From: a virus
Taxonomy: Duplodnaviria > Caudoviricetes
IMG/VR virus record: IMGVR_UViG_3300021979_000003
Coordinates: 175,091 to 239,090 of that record
DNA length: 64,000 nt
Reading direction: 5' to 3' (one strand)
Made by a program: the position numbers and the translations under genes. The notes under the pieces are model-generated. The model ran no database searches. It was not told the origin of the DNA and saw only the letters and a program-made list of their open reading frames with translations. Shown piece by piece: positions 49,755-58,214 of the stretch (its first letter is position 1; every line of letters begins with the position of its first letter).

Positions 49755-50423
49755 TTATGGTAAAATTATTTCTACGTAATCAACTATTAATTCTGTAGAT
49801 GGTGAGTATGCGTCAGTTCCAAGAAATACACTATAGTCTTCTGCAAATGTAATGCCAGTAACCTGATGCTTTAAAACACCATCAATTTTAAAGTCTACTA
49901 CTGATGATGATACACGGTGTATTTCTAATTCGTAATAGCTCCGGTGATCTACATCGGTATATTGAGTATAATCGGTAGCACCTAATTCATCTTTATAACT
50001 ACCTACTGTTGTTTCACCAGCCAAAGCGCTACCACCTGTAAGTGATCTCCCATACCATGATATCGCAGGATTAGTGTTTGCATGACCTGCTATACTATCT
50101 GGATTATTCGCAAATCCTAAAAATGTACCATGTTGGCCTGTTGTATGTTTTACTCTTGCAATAGCTCTAGTTCCAACAGGAAACTTCTGGTTTGTGTATA
50201 TACCAGCAAAACTATTATATAAATTATTAGACGTTGTGTTTTGCATTACCAATTCGCCCGAAGATACGGTAAAGTTGTAATCTACTGTATAACCTGTCTG
50301 TGAGGTTATTGTCCATACACTAGTATCCAACGTTGTAGCGTTGAAGTCATCCCTCAATCCTGAGTTTGGTTTTGGTCCAAACTTAATATCATTGAATTTT
50401 ACGTTGTTTGATTTTACGCCCAT
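49755..50423 (-). CDS. Lectin/ConA-like beta-sandwich protein, probable virion decoration
   Basis: DDFNATTLDTSVW, YELEIHR..VDFKIDG and VDYVEI. Confidence 0.65.
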   Translation of the reverse strand: MGVKSNNVKFNDIKFGPKPNSGLRDDFNATTLDTSVWTITSQTGYTVDYNFTVSSGELVMQNTTSNNLYNSFAGIYTNQKFPVGTRAIARVKHTTGQHGTFLGFANNPDSIAGHANTNPAISWYGRSLTGGSALAGETTVGSYKDELGATDYTQYTDVDHRSYYELEIHRVSSSVVDFKIDGVLKHQVTGITFAEDYSVFLGTDAYSPSTELIVDYVEIILP

Positions 50424-50509
50424 TGTCTTTCTCCAAATATAATATTATTTATTGGATGTTGACAAATTAAAAATGTACGGTAAATTGTTTTAAAAATGGA
50501 GAAAAATGT

Positions 50510-50743
50510 ATGTCTGAAGAAAAACAACAACACGAAAAAATTACTGGTTATAAAACCCTTTCCCAAGATCAAATTGACCTTATGAACGAAATCAAAGCAA
50601 AAGGTAATGAGCTACAGGAGATTTATGATCGACTCATGGAGCTTGAATATACTGATAAACGTTGGGTTAATATTGGTCGCACCGAATTGCAGCAAGGTGT
50701 CATGGCTTGGTGCAGAAGTATCACAAACCCCGACTCATTTTAA
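50510..50743 (+). CDS. acb2: Anti-CBASS cyclic-oligonucleotide sponge Acb2 (T4 Vs.4 family)
   Basis: QHEKITGYKTLSQDQIDLMNEIK..RWVNIGRTELQQGVMAWCRSITNPDSF matches the Acb2 signature. Confidence 0.9.
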   Translation: MSEEKQQHEKITGYKTLSQDQIDLMNEIKAKGNELQEIYDRLMELEYTDKRWVNIGRTELQQGVMAWCRSITNPDSF

Positions 50744-50775
50744 TTTTTAATCGAGTCATAGTTTTAAATAATAAA

Positions 50776-50791
50776 ATACAATATATAGTAG
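50776..50791. promoter_or_regulatory. NrdR-box-like site upstream of nrdA
   Basis: ATACAATATATAGTAG versus consensus acaCwAtATaTwGtgt. Confidence 0.55.
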
Positions 50792-50928
50792 TAAACCCTT
50801 GATATACAAGGGATTTTGATAGTTTATCCAATTATAAACTTATAAGTTTATGGTTTTTAAATGTTGGTAAATAAAAATACCATTTTAATTTTCTTACCTA
50901 AAAAACAATAAAAATATTAAGGAGAATC

Positions 50929-53274
50929 ATGAAAGATATAGAAGTAATCAAGCGCGACGGTAGTCGTGAACTGTTGGATTATGAGAAAATCCATAAGGTT
51001 TTGATGTGGGCAGTTGAAAACGTTACAGGTGTTTCAGCATCTGAAATTGAACTTAAAGCACATCTGAATTTATATGATGGAATTAAGACAACAGAAATTC
51101 ACGATACACTAATCAGTGCAGCGCGTGATCTAATTTGTGAAGAGACACCCAATTACGATAAAGTAGCTGGTCGTCTCGAAATTTTTAACATTCGTAAAGA
51201 AGTTTATAAAGATTTCACCCCATGTGCTTTTCTAGACATTGTTAAGAAAAATATTGATCGTGGCTTCTATGATCCAACCCTAATTGAAGAATTTTCCGAA
51301 GAAGAAATCAATGAGCTTGGTGATTATATCGTACATGATCGTGATTACAACTTCCGCTATGCTGGTACTCAACAACTTGTATCCAAGTATCTAGCACAGG
51401 ACCGCACAACTGGTCGTCATTTTGAAAGCCCTCAAGTTATGTACATGCTTATCTCTATGACAATGTTCATGTATGACTATGATGGTAATGATGTTGTAAA
51501 ATCACATTTTACTAAAAAGCAACGTCTTAAAATTATCAAAGAGTTCTATGATGACATCAGTCTATTTAAAACTGGTCTTCCAACTCCTGTATTAGCTGGT
51601 GCGCGTACCCCAACACGTCAGTATAGTAGCTGTGTTGTAATTGAAACGGCAGATGACCTCGATAGCCTTGGGCACACCAACGTAGGTATCATGCGTTATA
51701 TTTCTAAGAAAGCGGGTCTAGGTCTGAACCTTGGTCGTGTGCGTCCAGAAGGAAGCTCCATACGAAACGGTGAGATTAAGCATACAGGCTTAATACCATT
51801 TATTAAGGCTGCACGTGCGGCGGTCAAATCATGCTCACAGGGTGGTCTACGTGGTGGTTCGGCAACTATGCATTTTCCTATTTGGCATACTGATATTGAG
51901 AACCTAATCGTACTCAAAAACAACAAAGGTACTGAAGAAACTCGTGAGCGCCATCTAGATTACAGCGTTGGTATTTCTGGATTGTTCCTTGAACGAATGA
52001 TCAAAGGACAGGATATTACACTACTACCACCTAACCTCGACGGATTGTATGACTCTTACTACGAAGACCCTAAGAAATTCAAAGAGTTATATGAATTTTA
52101 TGAAAAAAGCGAAGTGGTTAATGTTAAGATGAAAAAGAAAGTGCCTGCTGCTGAACTGTTCAGGAAACTATTGACTGAAGGTAAAAATACTGGTCGTGTT
52201 TATATTCATGTGGTTGATGAAATGAACCGTCACACGCCATTTGATCGTGCACATGATCCTATACATCAGTCCAACCTATGTCAGGAAATTGCACTACCAA
52301 CACGTCCTTTCTATAGCACTGATGATGAAAATGGTCGTATTGCTCTATGCACATTAGCGAACAGCAATCTTGGGGAATTCAGTACACCACAGACTATGAA
52401 ACATCCACTACGTAGAATTGTACGCGCATTGGATAACCTATTGTCTATGCAAGACTATCCAATGATCCAAGCAAAACTATCTACTGAAGAGTTTAGACCT
52501 CTTGGTATTGGTGTTAACAATCTCGCATACTTCTTAGCTAAGAATGGTGTTAGTTACAGTGACCCTAATGCACTTCCATTAGTTCATAACTGGATGGAAC
52601 ATATGGCTTATTACATGCAAGAAGCAACTATCGATCTAGCAAAAGAGCGTGGCGCTTGTACTCGTTCTCAGTTTACAAAAAGATCGAAAGGTGTTATGCT
52701 TGTTGACACCTATAAGAAGAAAGTAGACGAACTAGTAGGAAACGAACTAGAGCTTGATTGGGATAAGCTTAGGGAAGATGCGAAAGTCTATGGTGTTCGT
52801 AATGCTACGTTGTCTGCAACGATGCCTAGTGAATCTAATTCACAAGTAATGAATGCAACAAATGGTGTTGAACCAGTGCGCAATCTTATTACTGTTAAGA
52901 AAAACCGTGATAAGCGCCTACCGATTGTTGTTCCTAGCTTCCAAAAGCTAAAGAACAAATATGAGTTGCTTTGGGACATTAAGAGTAACAAAGGATACCT
53001 TGATATTCTAGCTGTTATTCAGAAGTTTACTGATCAGGCTATCAGTGTAAACCTGTCTTATAATCCAAATCATTATGAAAATAATGAGATACCAATGAGT
53101 GTGTTGATGCACGATATGTTGTACTCATATGCTCTAGGACATAAGACACGTTACTACATTAATACCAACGACGAAGTAACTGAGTTCAGAGAGGTTGACC
53201 CTGAAGAGAAAACTATTGTCTCTGAAGAGTCTCAAGAATTAGAAGAGGATCATTGTGAAAGTTGTGTACTTTAA
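50929..53274 (+). CDS. nrdA: Ribonucleotide reductase class Ia alpha subunit with ATP cone
   Basis: VIKRDG, YSSCVV, SNLCQEI and C-terminal CESC. Confidence 0.97.
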   Translation: MKDIEVIKRDGSRELLDYEKIHKVLMWAVENVTGVSASEIELKAHLNLYDGIKTTEIHDTLISAARDLICEETPNYDKVAGRLEIFNIRKEVYKDFTPCAFLDIVKKNIDRGFYDPTLIEEFSEEEINELGDYIVHDRDYNFRYAGTQQLVSKYLAQDRTTGRHFESPQVMYMLISMTMFMYDYDGNDVVKSHFTKKQRLKIIKEFYDDISLFKTGLPTPVLAGARTPTRQYSSCVVIETADDLDSLGHTNVGIMRYISKKAGLGLNLGRVRPEGSSIRNGEIKHTGLIPFIKAARAAVKSCSQGGLRGGSATMHFPIWHTDIENLIVLKNNKGTEETRERHLDYSVGISGLFLERMIKGQDITLLPPNLDGLYDSYYEDPKKFKELYEFYEKSEVVNVKMKKKVPAAELFRKLLTEGKNTGRVYIHVVDEMNRHTPFDRAHDPIHQSNLCQEIALPTRPFYSTDDENGRIALCTLANSNLGEFSTPQTMKHPLRRIVRALDNLLSMQDYPMIQAKLSTEEFRPLGIGVNNLAYFLAKNGVSYSDPNALPLVHNWMEHMAYYMQEATIDLAKERGACTRSQFTKRSKGVMLVDTYKKKVDELVGNELELDWDKLREDAKVYGVRNATLSATMPSESNSQVMNATNGVEPVRNLITVKKNRDKRLPIVVPSFQKLKNKYELLWDIKSNKGYLDILAVIQKFTDQAISVNLSYNPNHYENNEIPMSVLMHDMLYSYALGHKTRYYINTNDEVTEFREVDPEEKTIVSEESQELEEDHCESCVL

Positions 53275-53313
53275 GTACACAACACAATTTATTTGTAATA
53301 AAGGTGTATACAA

Positions 53314-53556
53314 ATGAGTGATAAAGAATTGCCTGAAATTGAGTTCATAGAACATATCGATGATTCTCATTATCTGGATGATTTACCAGATGGTGATATA
53401 GATGATCGTCGTAAGTACTCAAACATTTCCAAACGTGAGGTAGTAGATCGCTATCTTGCACAAGGTTGGGAAATCGTTTCTAGGAATCCCTTGACTCTAC
53501 AGAGAGGGCGATTGAAAAAACGATTTAAAGGAAATATATTGATAGATTCGGAGTAA
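53314..53556 (+). CDS. Small hypothetical protein between nrdA and nrdB
   Basis: 80 aa, acidic N-half and basic C-half; AAGG RBS. Confidence 0.6.
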   Translation: MSDKELPEIEFIEHIDDSHYLDDLPDGDIDDRRKYSNISKREVVDRYLAQGWEIVSRNPLTLQRGRLKKRFKGNILIDSE

Positions 53557-53561
53557 GTTGA

Positions 53562-54677
53562 ATGACAAAAAGTATTTACAAAGCACAACAAAAATCGCAT
53601 ATGGATCAGAAAATCTTCTTTGATGAAGATGTGGATATCCAACGTTTCGACGTTATGAAATATCCTAAAGCTGATCGAATGAACAAAACCCATATTGGCT
53701 ACTCATGGGTTCCAGAAGAAGTAGACCTAACTAAAGATTCTAGTGACTTCAGAACACAAGTATCTGAAGCAGGACAACACATTTTTACGTCAAACCTTAA
53801 GCGTCAAATTATGCTTGACTCTATTCAAGGTCGTGGTCCTGCATTAACACTGCTTCCTATTGTATCATTGCCGGAAGTTGAATCTTTTATTAACACGTGG
53901 AACTATTTTGAAGGTTCTATTCATAGTCGTAGCTATTCACATATCATTCGTAATATCTACAATGATCCTAGTGAAGTCTTTGATACTATGAAGGATTCTA
54001 AAGAGATTAACTTTGCTGCGGCTGAGATTGCCCGTTACTACGATGACCTTATTGTTAAGAATGCTCAAGTAATGGCTGGTATGAAGGTAAACAGTTATGA
54101 TCACAAAGCGTCTCTATGGAAGTGTCTACATGCCATTAATGCACTAGAAGGTTTGCGTTTTTATGTAAGCTTTGCGTGTTCATGGGCATTCGCTGAAAAC
54201 GACTTAATGGTTGGTAATGCTGATATCATCCGTTTGATCTGCCGTGATGAGAACCTACATCTAGGTTTTACTCAGTGGCTTATTAAAAAGCTTCCAGAAG
54301 ATGATAAAGACTTTATCAAAATTGCTGAAAAGGAAAAAGACGAGTGTCGCCAAATCATGCTCAATGTGCGTGAGCAAGAAAAAGATTGGGCTGACTATCT
54401 TTTTTCTAAAGGTTCTATCCTTGGTCTAAACGCTGAGATTTTAAAGCTCTTCGTTGACTATCTAACTAATAAGCGTATGAGAGCAATTGGATTGGACGTT
54501 GACTTTGATTATCCTAAGTCACATCCTCTACCATGGGTTAAAGCGTGGATTTCTGCTGATAGTGGTCAAGATGCACCACAGGAAAAAGAAAAGACTGAAT
54601 ACATTGTAGGTGGCATTAACAACGATGTATCCAAAGACACATTTAAAGGTTTTGATCTAGGTATTCAAAACGACTAA
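53562..54677 (+). CDS. nrdB: Ribonucleotide reductase class Ia beta subunit
   Basis: EGSIHSRSY (radical Tyr), LEGLRFYVSF and RDENLH. Confidence 0.97.
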   Translation: MTKSIYKAQQKSHMDQKIFFDEDVDIQRFDVMKYPKADRMNKTHIGYSWVPEEVDLTKDSSDFRTQVSEAGQHIFTSNLKRQIMLDSIQGRGPALTLLPIVSLPEVESFINTWNYFEGSIHSRSYSHIIRNIYNDPSEVFDTMKDSKEINFAAAEIARYYDDLIVKNAQVMAGMKVNSYDHKASLWKCLHAINALEGLRFYVSFACSWAFAENDLMVGNADIIRLICRDENLHLGFTQWLIKKLPEDDKDFIKIAEKEKDECRQIMLNVREQEKDWADYLFSKGSILGLNAEILKLFVDYLTNKRMRAIGLDVDFDYPKSHPLPWVKAWISADSGQDAPQEKEKTEYIVGGINNDVSKDTFKGFDLGIQND

Positions 54678-54708
54678 TAAAAATAAAAATAAAAATAGGA
54701 GAAGAAAA

Positions 54709-54930
54709 ATGATTGAAGTTTATGGTAAAGAAAATTGCCCACAGTGTGATCAAATGAAACGTCATCTTGAGGCAAAGGGCGTTGAATATAAGTATTACAT
54801 GGTTGGGAAAGACCTAAGCCGTGAAGAGCTACTAGACAAGTGCGAAGCACCAGTAAGGATGGTCCCGGTAGTTTTTAAAGATGGAAAGCATCTTGTAGGC
54901 ACACCAGACCAAGTAAAAGGGATGATTTAA
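54709..54930 (+). CDS. Glutaredoxin (NrdC/NrdH-like)
   Basis: CPQC and VPVVF motifs. Confidence 0.9.
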   Translation: MIEVYGKENCPQCDQMKRHLEAKGVEYKYYMVGKDLSREELLDKCEAPVRMVPVVFKDGKHLVGTPDQVKGMI

Positions 54931-54958
54931 AAAAGAGGGGAAAATCCCCTCTTTTTTT
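54929..54958. terminator. Bidirectional terminator
   Basis: AAAAAAGAGGGG-AAAAT-CCCCTCTTTTTTT. Confidence 0.8.
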
Positions 54959-56312
54959 ATTGTTTTTCGCTTCTAATTTCAGTAAGTGTAGTAGTTGATT
55001 CTGTTAACGTTGTTGAAGTTTCAGTTAGCGTTAACGTTGTTTCAGTTAACGTTGGGGTTGTTTCATTAAGCGTTGTAGTAGAGGATAATAAATTAGCTGT
55101 CGCCCAATACAAACCACTGTGGTTTGTTAATGTGCCTGTTAAAAGACTGAAGTCATTTGGTATTTTTGTTATAAGGCCATCATAATTCCCATTGACTGAG
55201 CGTTCATTACCTACAATTATATAACCCAAATCACTCGTGGTTATTATTGATCGACTAATGTCATTACTCGCACCACCTAAAAACTTTTGTTCTAAAACAT
55301 TTAATTGGTTGTCTAATTTAACAATAAGTAAATCGTTTGCTCCAACTGCGCCAGAATAAGAATATCCCGATACTACATAACCGCCTTCTATTGATTTTGT
55401 TATAGAATTAAAGTAATCACTATCTGAGCCACCAACATAAATTTGCTTGGTTACATTAAGGTTTGAGTCATATTCAACCACAAGTCCATCATATGCTCCT
55501 TGACCTTGGCTGCTCTGTTCACCACATACGACAAATCCCCCACTGTCTTTTCTTACTATGCCTCTAAATCTATCAGTGCCGGTCCATCCAAACCCTTTCA
55601 CTATAATTGGCTCTAGGTTCGAATTAAACTTTACTATCAATCCATCGTCTGAGGCAATAGAGTTACTGGCGTGATATCCCACTGCAACATATCCACCGTC
55701 TCCCGAATCTATAACATCTTCAAAGTGGTCATTTGAAGTACCACCTAGAGATTTTTGTGCCTGAACAACCAAGTTAGAATCGTACTTAACAATAAAAGCA
55801 TTATAACCTCCCTCTGACTGAGAAGTTTGGGAACCAACCACAATACATCCACCATCTGGTGTTGCGATCACCGATTTGAATATATCTGTACCAGTATCAC
55901 CTAGCGCTTTTTGATTAATTAAGCTAAGGTTTGAATCATATTTAATAATAAACGCGTCACTTGAACCAACTCCCTCCGAACTCTGTTGTCCTACAACTAT
56001 AAATCCACCATCGGTTGATTTGCAAATTTTTAAACCAAAGTCATTCGCTGATCCCCCTATGGATTTTTGTGTTAGTAGATTTAAATTTTTGTCGTATTTA
56101 AATATGCATATATCGTATGCACCAAGGGTATCGCTTTGTTGATAACCAATAGAAACATATCCACCGTCATCTGACTCAACAACAGATGTCATATAATCAC
56201 TGTTTCCACCTGATATGGTTCCTACTATCCAATTTTTAAATTCCTCGACGGTGATTCCTTTTGATAAACGTATTCCGTCCAATCCGACATTGTATATTCT
56301 TATTCCAGACAT
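54957..56312 (-). CDS. Beta-propeller repeat protein with Thr-rich C-terminal repeats (probable virion-associated)
   Basis: About seven ~55-aa repeats (GG.VVVG..D..I.K.DSNL..K..GG..D.F); TTLTET heptads. Confidence 0.8.
   Translation of the reverse strand: MSGIRIYNVGLDGIRLSKGITVEEFKNWIVGTISGGNSDYMTSVVESDDGGYVSIGYQQSDTLGAYDICIFKYDKNLNLLTQKSIGGSANDFGLKICKSTDGGFIVVGQQSSEGVGSSDAFIIKYDSNLSLINQKALGDTGTDIFKSVIATPDGGCIVVGSQTSQSEGGYNAFIVKYDSNLVVQAQKSLGGTSNDHFEDVIDSGDGGYVAVGYHASNSIASDDGLIVKFNSNLEPIIVKGFGWTGTDRFRGIVRKDSGGFVVCGEQSSQGQGAYDGLVVEYDSNLNVTKQIYVGGSDSDYFNSITKSIEGGYVVSGYSYSGAVGANDLLIVKLDNQLNVLEQKFLGGASNDISRSIITTSDLGYIIVGNERSVNGNYDGLITKIPNDFSLLTGTLTNHSGLYWATANLLSSTTTLNETTPTLTETTLTLTETSTTLTESTTTLTEIRSEKQ
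54976..55082 (-). repeat. Imperfect 21-bp tandem repeat (about 5 copies) encoding T(T/P/L)TL(T/N)E(T/S) heptads
   Basis: TTTLNET TPTLTET TLTLTET STTLTES TTTLTE. Confidence 0.8.
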
Positions 56313-56449
56313 ACTTTATTTCTCCTATTTTGATGAATATATTTATTCTTTAAATTTTTTCATTAAAGGGGTTGTTTTTTAAAATTAGATCGCCTATAAT
56401 AGTTACATAAGGTTGAGAAACAAATTAAACACTAAACTAGGTGATTATT

Positions 56450-56746
56450 ATGACTAACGCAACTACTACTCAAGCACAAGTAACTCGTCCTGTAGGTCGT
56501 CCGCTGTCCAAGCGCGGTCGTAGCGCAAAACGCGCCGTTGAGAAATTCGTCAGCGAAACTCAGGGTAAATTCACTGCCGCTGATGTACGTCGCGTAGCCA
56601 AGCAGTCCAAGGTTACTGTACGTAACCGCCTGAACGCTCTGGTTGCTGCGGGAGTCATCGAGAAGGTCGATAGTGTTCCGGTGCAGAAGGCAGGCAAGGC
56701 CACTCGTGGTCGTCCTCTGGCGGTTTACAAGCGTAAGGATGCATAA
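56450..56746 (+). CDS. Basic winged-helix DNA-binding protein with AT-hook-like GRP motifs (early)
   Basis: RPVGRP; FTAADV..SKVTVRNRLNALVAAGVIEK; TRGRP; sigma70-like promoter upstream. Confidence 0.8.
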   Translation: MTNATTTQAQVTRPVGRPLSKRGRSAKRAVEKFVSETQGKFTAADVRRVAKQSKVTVRNRLNALVAAGVIEKVDSVPVQKAGKATRGRPLAVYKRKDA

Positions 56747-56752
56747 GCATCC

Positions 56753-57481
56753 TTATATAAACCAAAAGCCATTAAACGGGAATATGATTATTTCATATCC
56801 CGTTTTTACGCTTTCAAAATCTTCTATTTTTTCCATTCCTTTGATATAGTTAATTGTATCATCATAATACTTTTGAAATACATCTTTAACTACTTCTTCA
56901 CTGTTACCAATAACACCCTCGTCTTCTACATTAGATGCGAATCGTAGATAGAATACATAAACGCTTTCAACGAAATTGTCATAGTCTATCTGGTCAGCAT
57001 TTTTCTCTAAGAATCTAAGAAAATTCTGCATATGTTTTATTTGTGGACCCTTACCGCTTTCAGACTCATACTGTATTAAGTGATACATAATAGCCCTAGA
57101 CTGTCTTTTGTATTCAGTATCCACTGTGAAGTCCTGAACATTAGGATTGTAATAAGCTTCATACCCATCGTTTGGTACTAGTCGGAATATCGTATCACCA
57201 AACAAGTCTGCTTGCTGCTTGTCTTTAGATGTAAATATTCCACTACGTATATAAACATCCATCATTTCCTTTGATAGATGGTTCGTTAAATTGTGTAAAA
57301 CTATAAATGTATCAACAGGCTTTCTTGACTTAGGTCTGTACTTATGAAAGCCTTCGTAGCTTAGTATACCTTCATAATTTGTTCGTACTCCAACAAACAA
57401 TTTACCGGCACCATATTCGTTATAGTATTCGGTTTCTTGGTAAGATCGGTCTTTGTTGTCAACGACTTCATTTATCTTCAT
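56753..57481 (-). CDS. ART-like paralog 1 (MKINEVV start)
   Basis: RKPVDT..HN..RSGIF..YEIII; AAGGA RBS before ATG 57481. Confidence 0.65.
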   Translation of the reverse strand: MKINEVVDNKDRSYQETEYYNEYGAGKLFVGVRTNYEGILSYEGFHKYRPKSRKPVDTFIVLHNLTNHLSKEMMDVYIRSGIFTSKDKQQADLFGDTIFRLVPNDGYEAYYNPNVQDFTVDTEYKRQSRAIMYHLIQYESESGKGPQIKHMQNFLRFLEKNADQIDYDNFVESVYVFYLRFASNVEDEGVIGNSEEVVKDVFQKYYDDTINYIKGMEKIEDFESVKTGYEIIIFPFNGFWFI

Positions 57482-57542
57482 TTTAATATCCTTACTGTTG
57501 TATATATTTAGAGTAATAAATACAATACTATGGAGGTAATAT

Positions 57543-57902
57543 ATGTCAAAGATACTTGAAGGCAATATAATTAAAAAGGCCAATACCAAGCAAAAGTATA
57601 CCAAAGAACAGATACAACAACTAAGAAAATGTAGTGCAGCAAATGAAAATGGGCATTACTATTTCATGGAACACTTTGGTCATCTAAAGCATACATCTAA
57701 AGGTAGGGTTTTGTTTAAGCCGTTTGACTATCAGAAAAGATTGATTGATAATTATCATAATTATCGCTTTAGTATCAATATGTTAGGTAGACAAATGGGC
57801 AAATGTGTTACTGGTGATACTGAAATGAAAATTAGAAATAAAAAGACTGGTGAAGAAAAACAAATTTCTTTTGAAGACTTTTTAGAAATGGTAAAAAAAT
57901 AA
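57543..57902 (+). CDS. terL: Terminase large subunit N-terminal fragment fused to a split-intein N-half
   Basis: T4 gp17-like N-terminus to Walker A RQMGK, then intein block A CVTGDT and a stop after 32 aa. Confidence 0.92.
   Translation: MSKILEGNIIKKANTKQKYTKEQIQQLRKCSAANENGHYYFMEHFGHLKHTSKGRVLFKPFDYQKRLIDNYHNYRFSINMLGRQMGKCVTGDTEMKIRNKKTGEEKQISFEDFLEMVKK
57804..57899 (+). mobile_element. Split intein N-fragment (32 aa, atypically short)
   Basis: CVTGDTEMKIRNKKTGEEKQISFEDFLEMVKK inserted after the Walker A Lys. Confidence 0.9.
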
Positions 57903-57920
57903 GAGGGGAATTCCCCTCTT
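57901..57920. terminator. Terminator after the terL N-fragment
   Basis: AAGAGGGG-AATT-CCCCTCTT. Confidence 0.75.
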
Positions 57921-57959
57921 ACTGTTCTTTGGTGAACCCCCTTACTGTTCTTTGGTGAA
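57913..57959. repeat. Near-perfect 23-bp tandem duplication
   Basis: CTTACTGTTCTTTGGTGAA at 57918 and 57941. Confidence 0.9.
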
Positions 57960-58178
57960 ATCGAAAGCAGCACCGTACTCATCATAGCATACGAGAGTTT
58001 TGGTATACATTCGACCGTCTTTATATGCCAGCGTAGGTTGAGGTGTCATGCCTTGTTGTTGACACATATGCTTCAGAGCATGATATTGACCATAAGGCAT
58101 AGGACCAGTGGTTCCACAACCAGTGAGCATAGCAGTAACAAGTACAACCATAATAGCAGCGTGTTTGATACGGAACAT
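57942..58178 (-). CDS. Lipoprotein
   Basis: Signal peptide with lipobox LTG-C. Confidence 0.8.
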   Translation of the reverse strand: MFRIKHAAIMVVLVTAMLTGCGTTGPMPYGQYHALKHMCQQQGMTPQPTLAYKDGRMYTKTLVCYDEYGAAFDFTKEQ

Positions 58179-58214
58179 AATAATTCTCCTAACAGTTTAT
58201 TAAATTATAAACAC

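Noticed and set aside
15973-54677. Inteins or introns in PolB, UvsX, topoisomerase, NrdA, NrdB
   Set aside because: Lengths and motif spacing are normal, with no Hint blocks or frame breaks.
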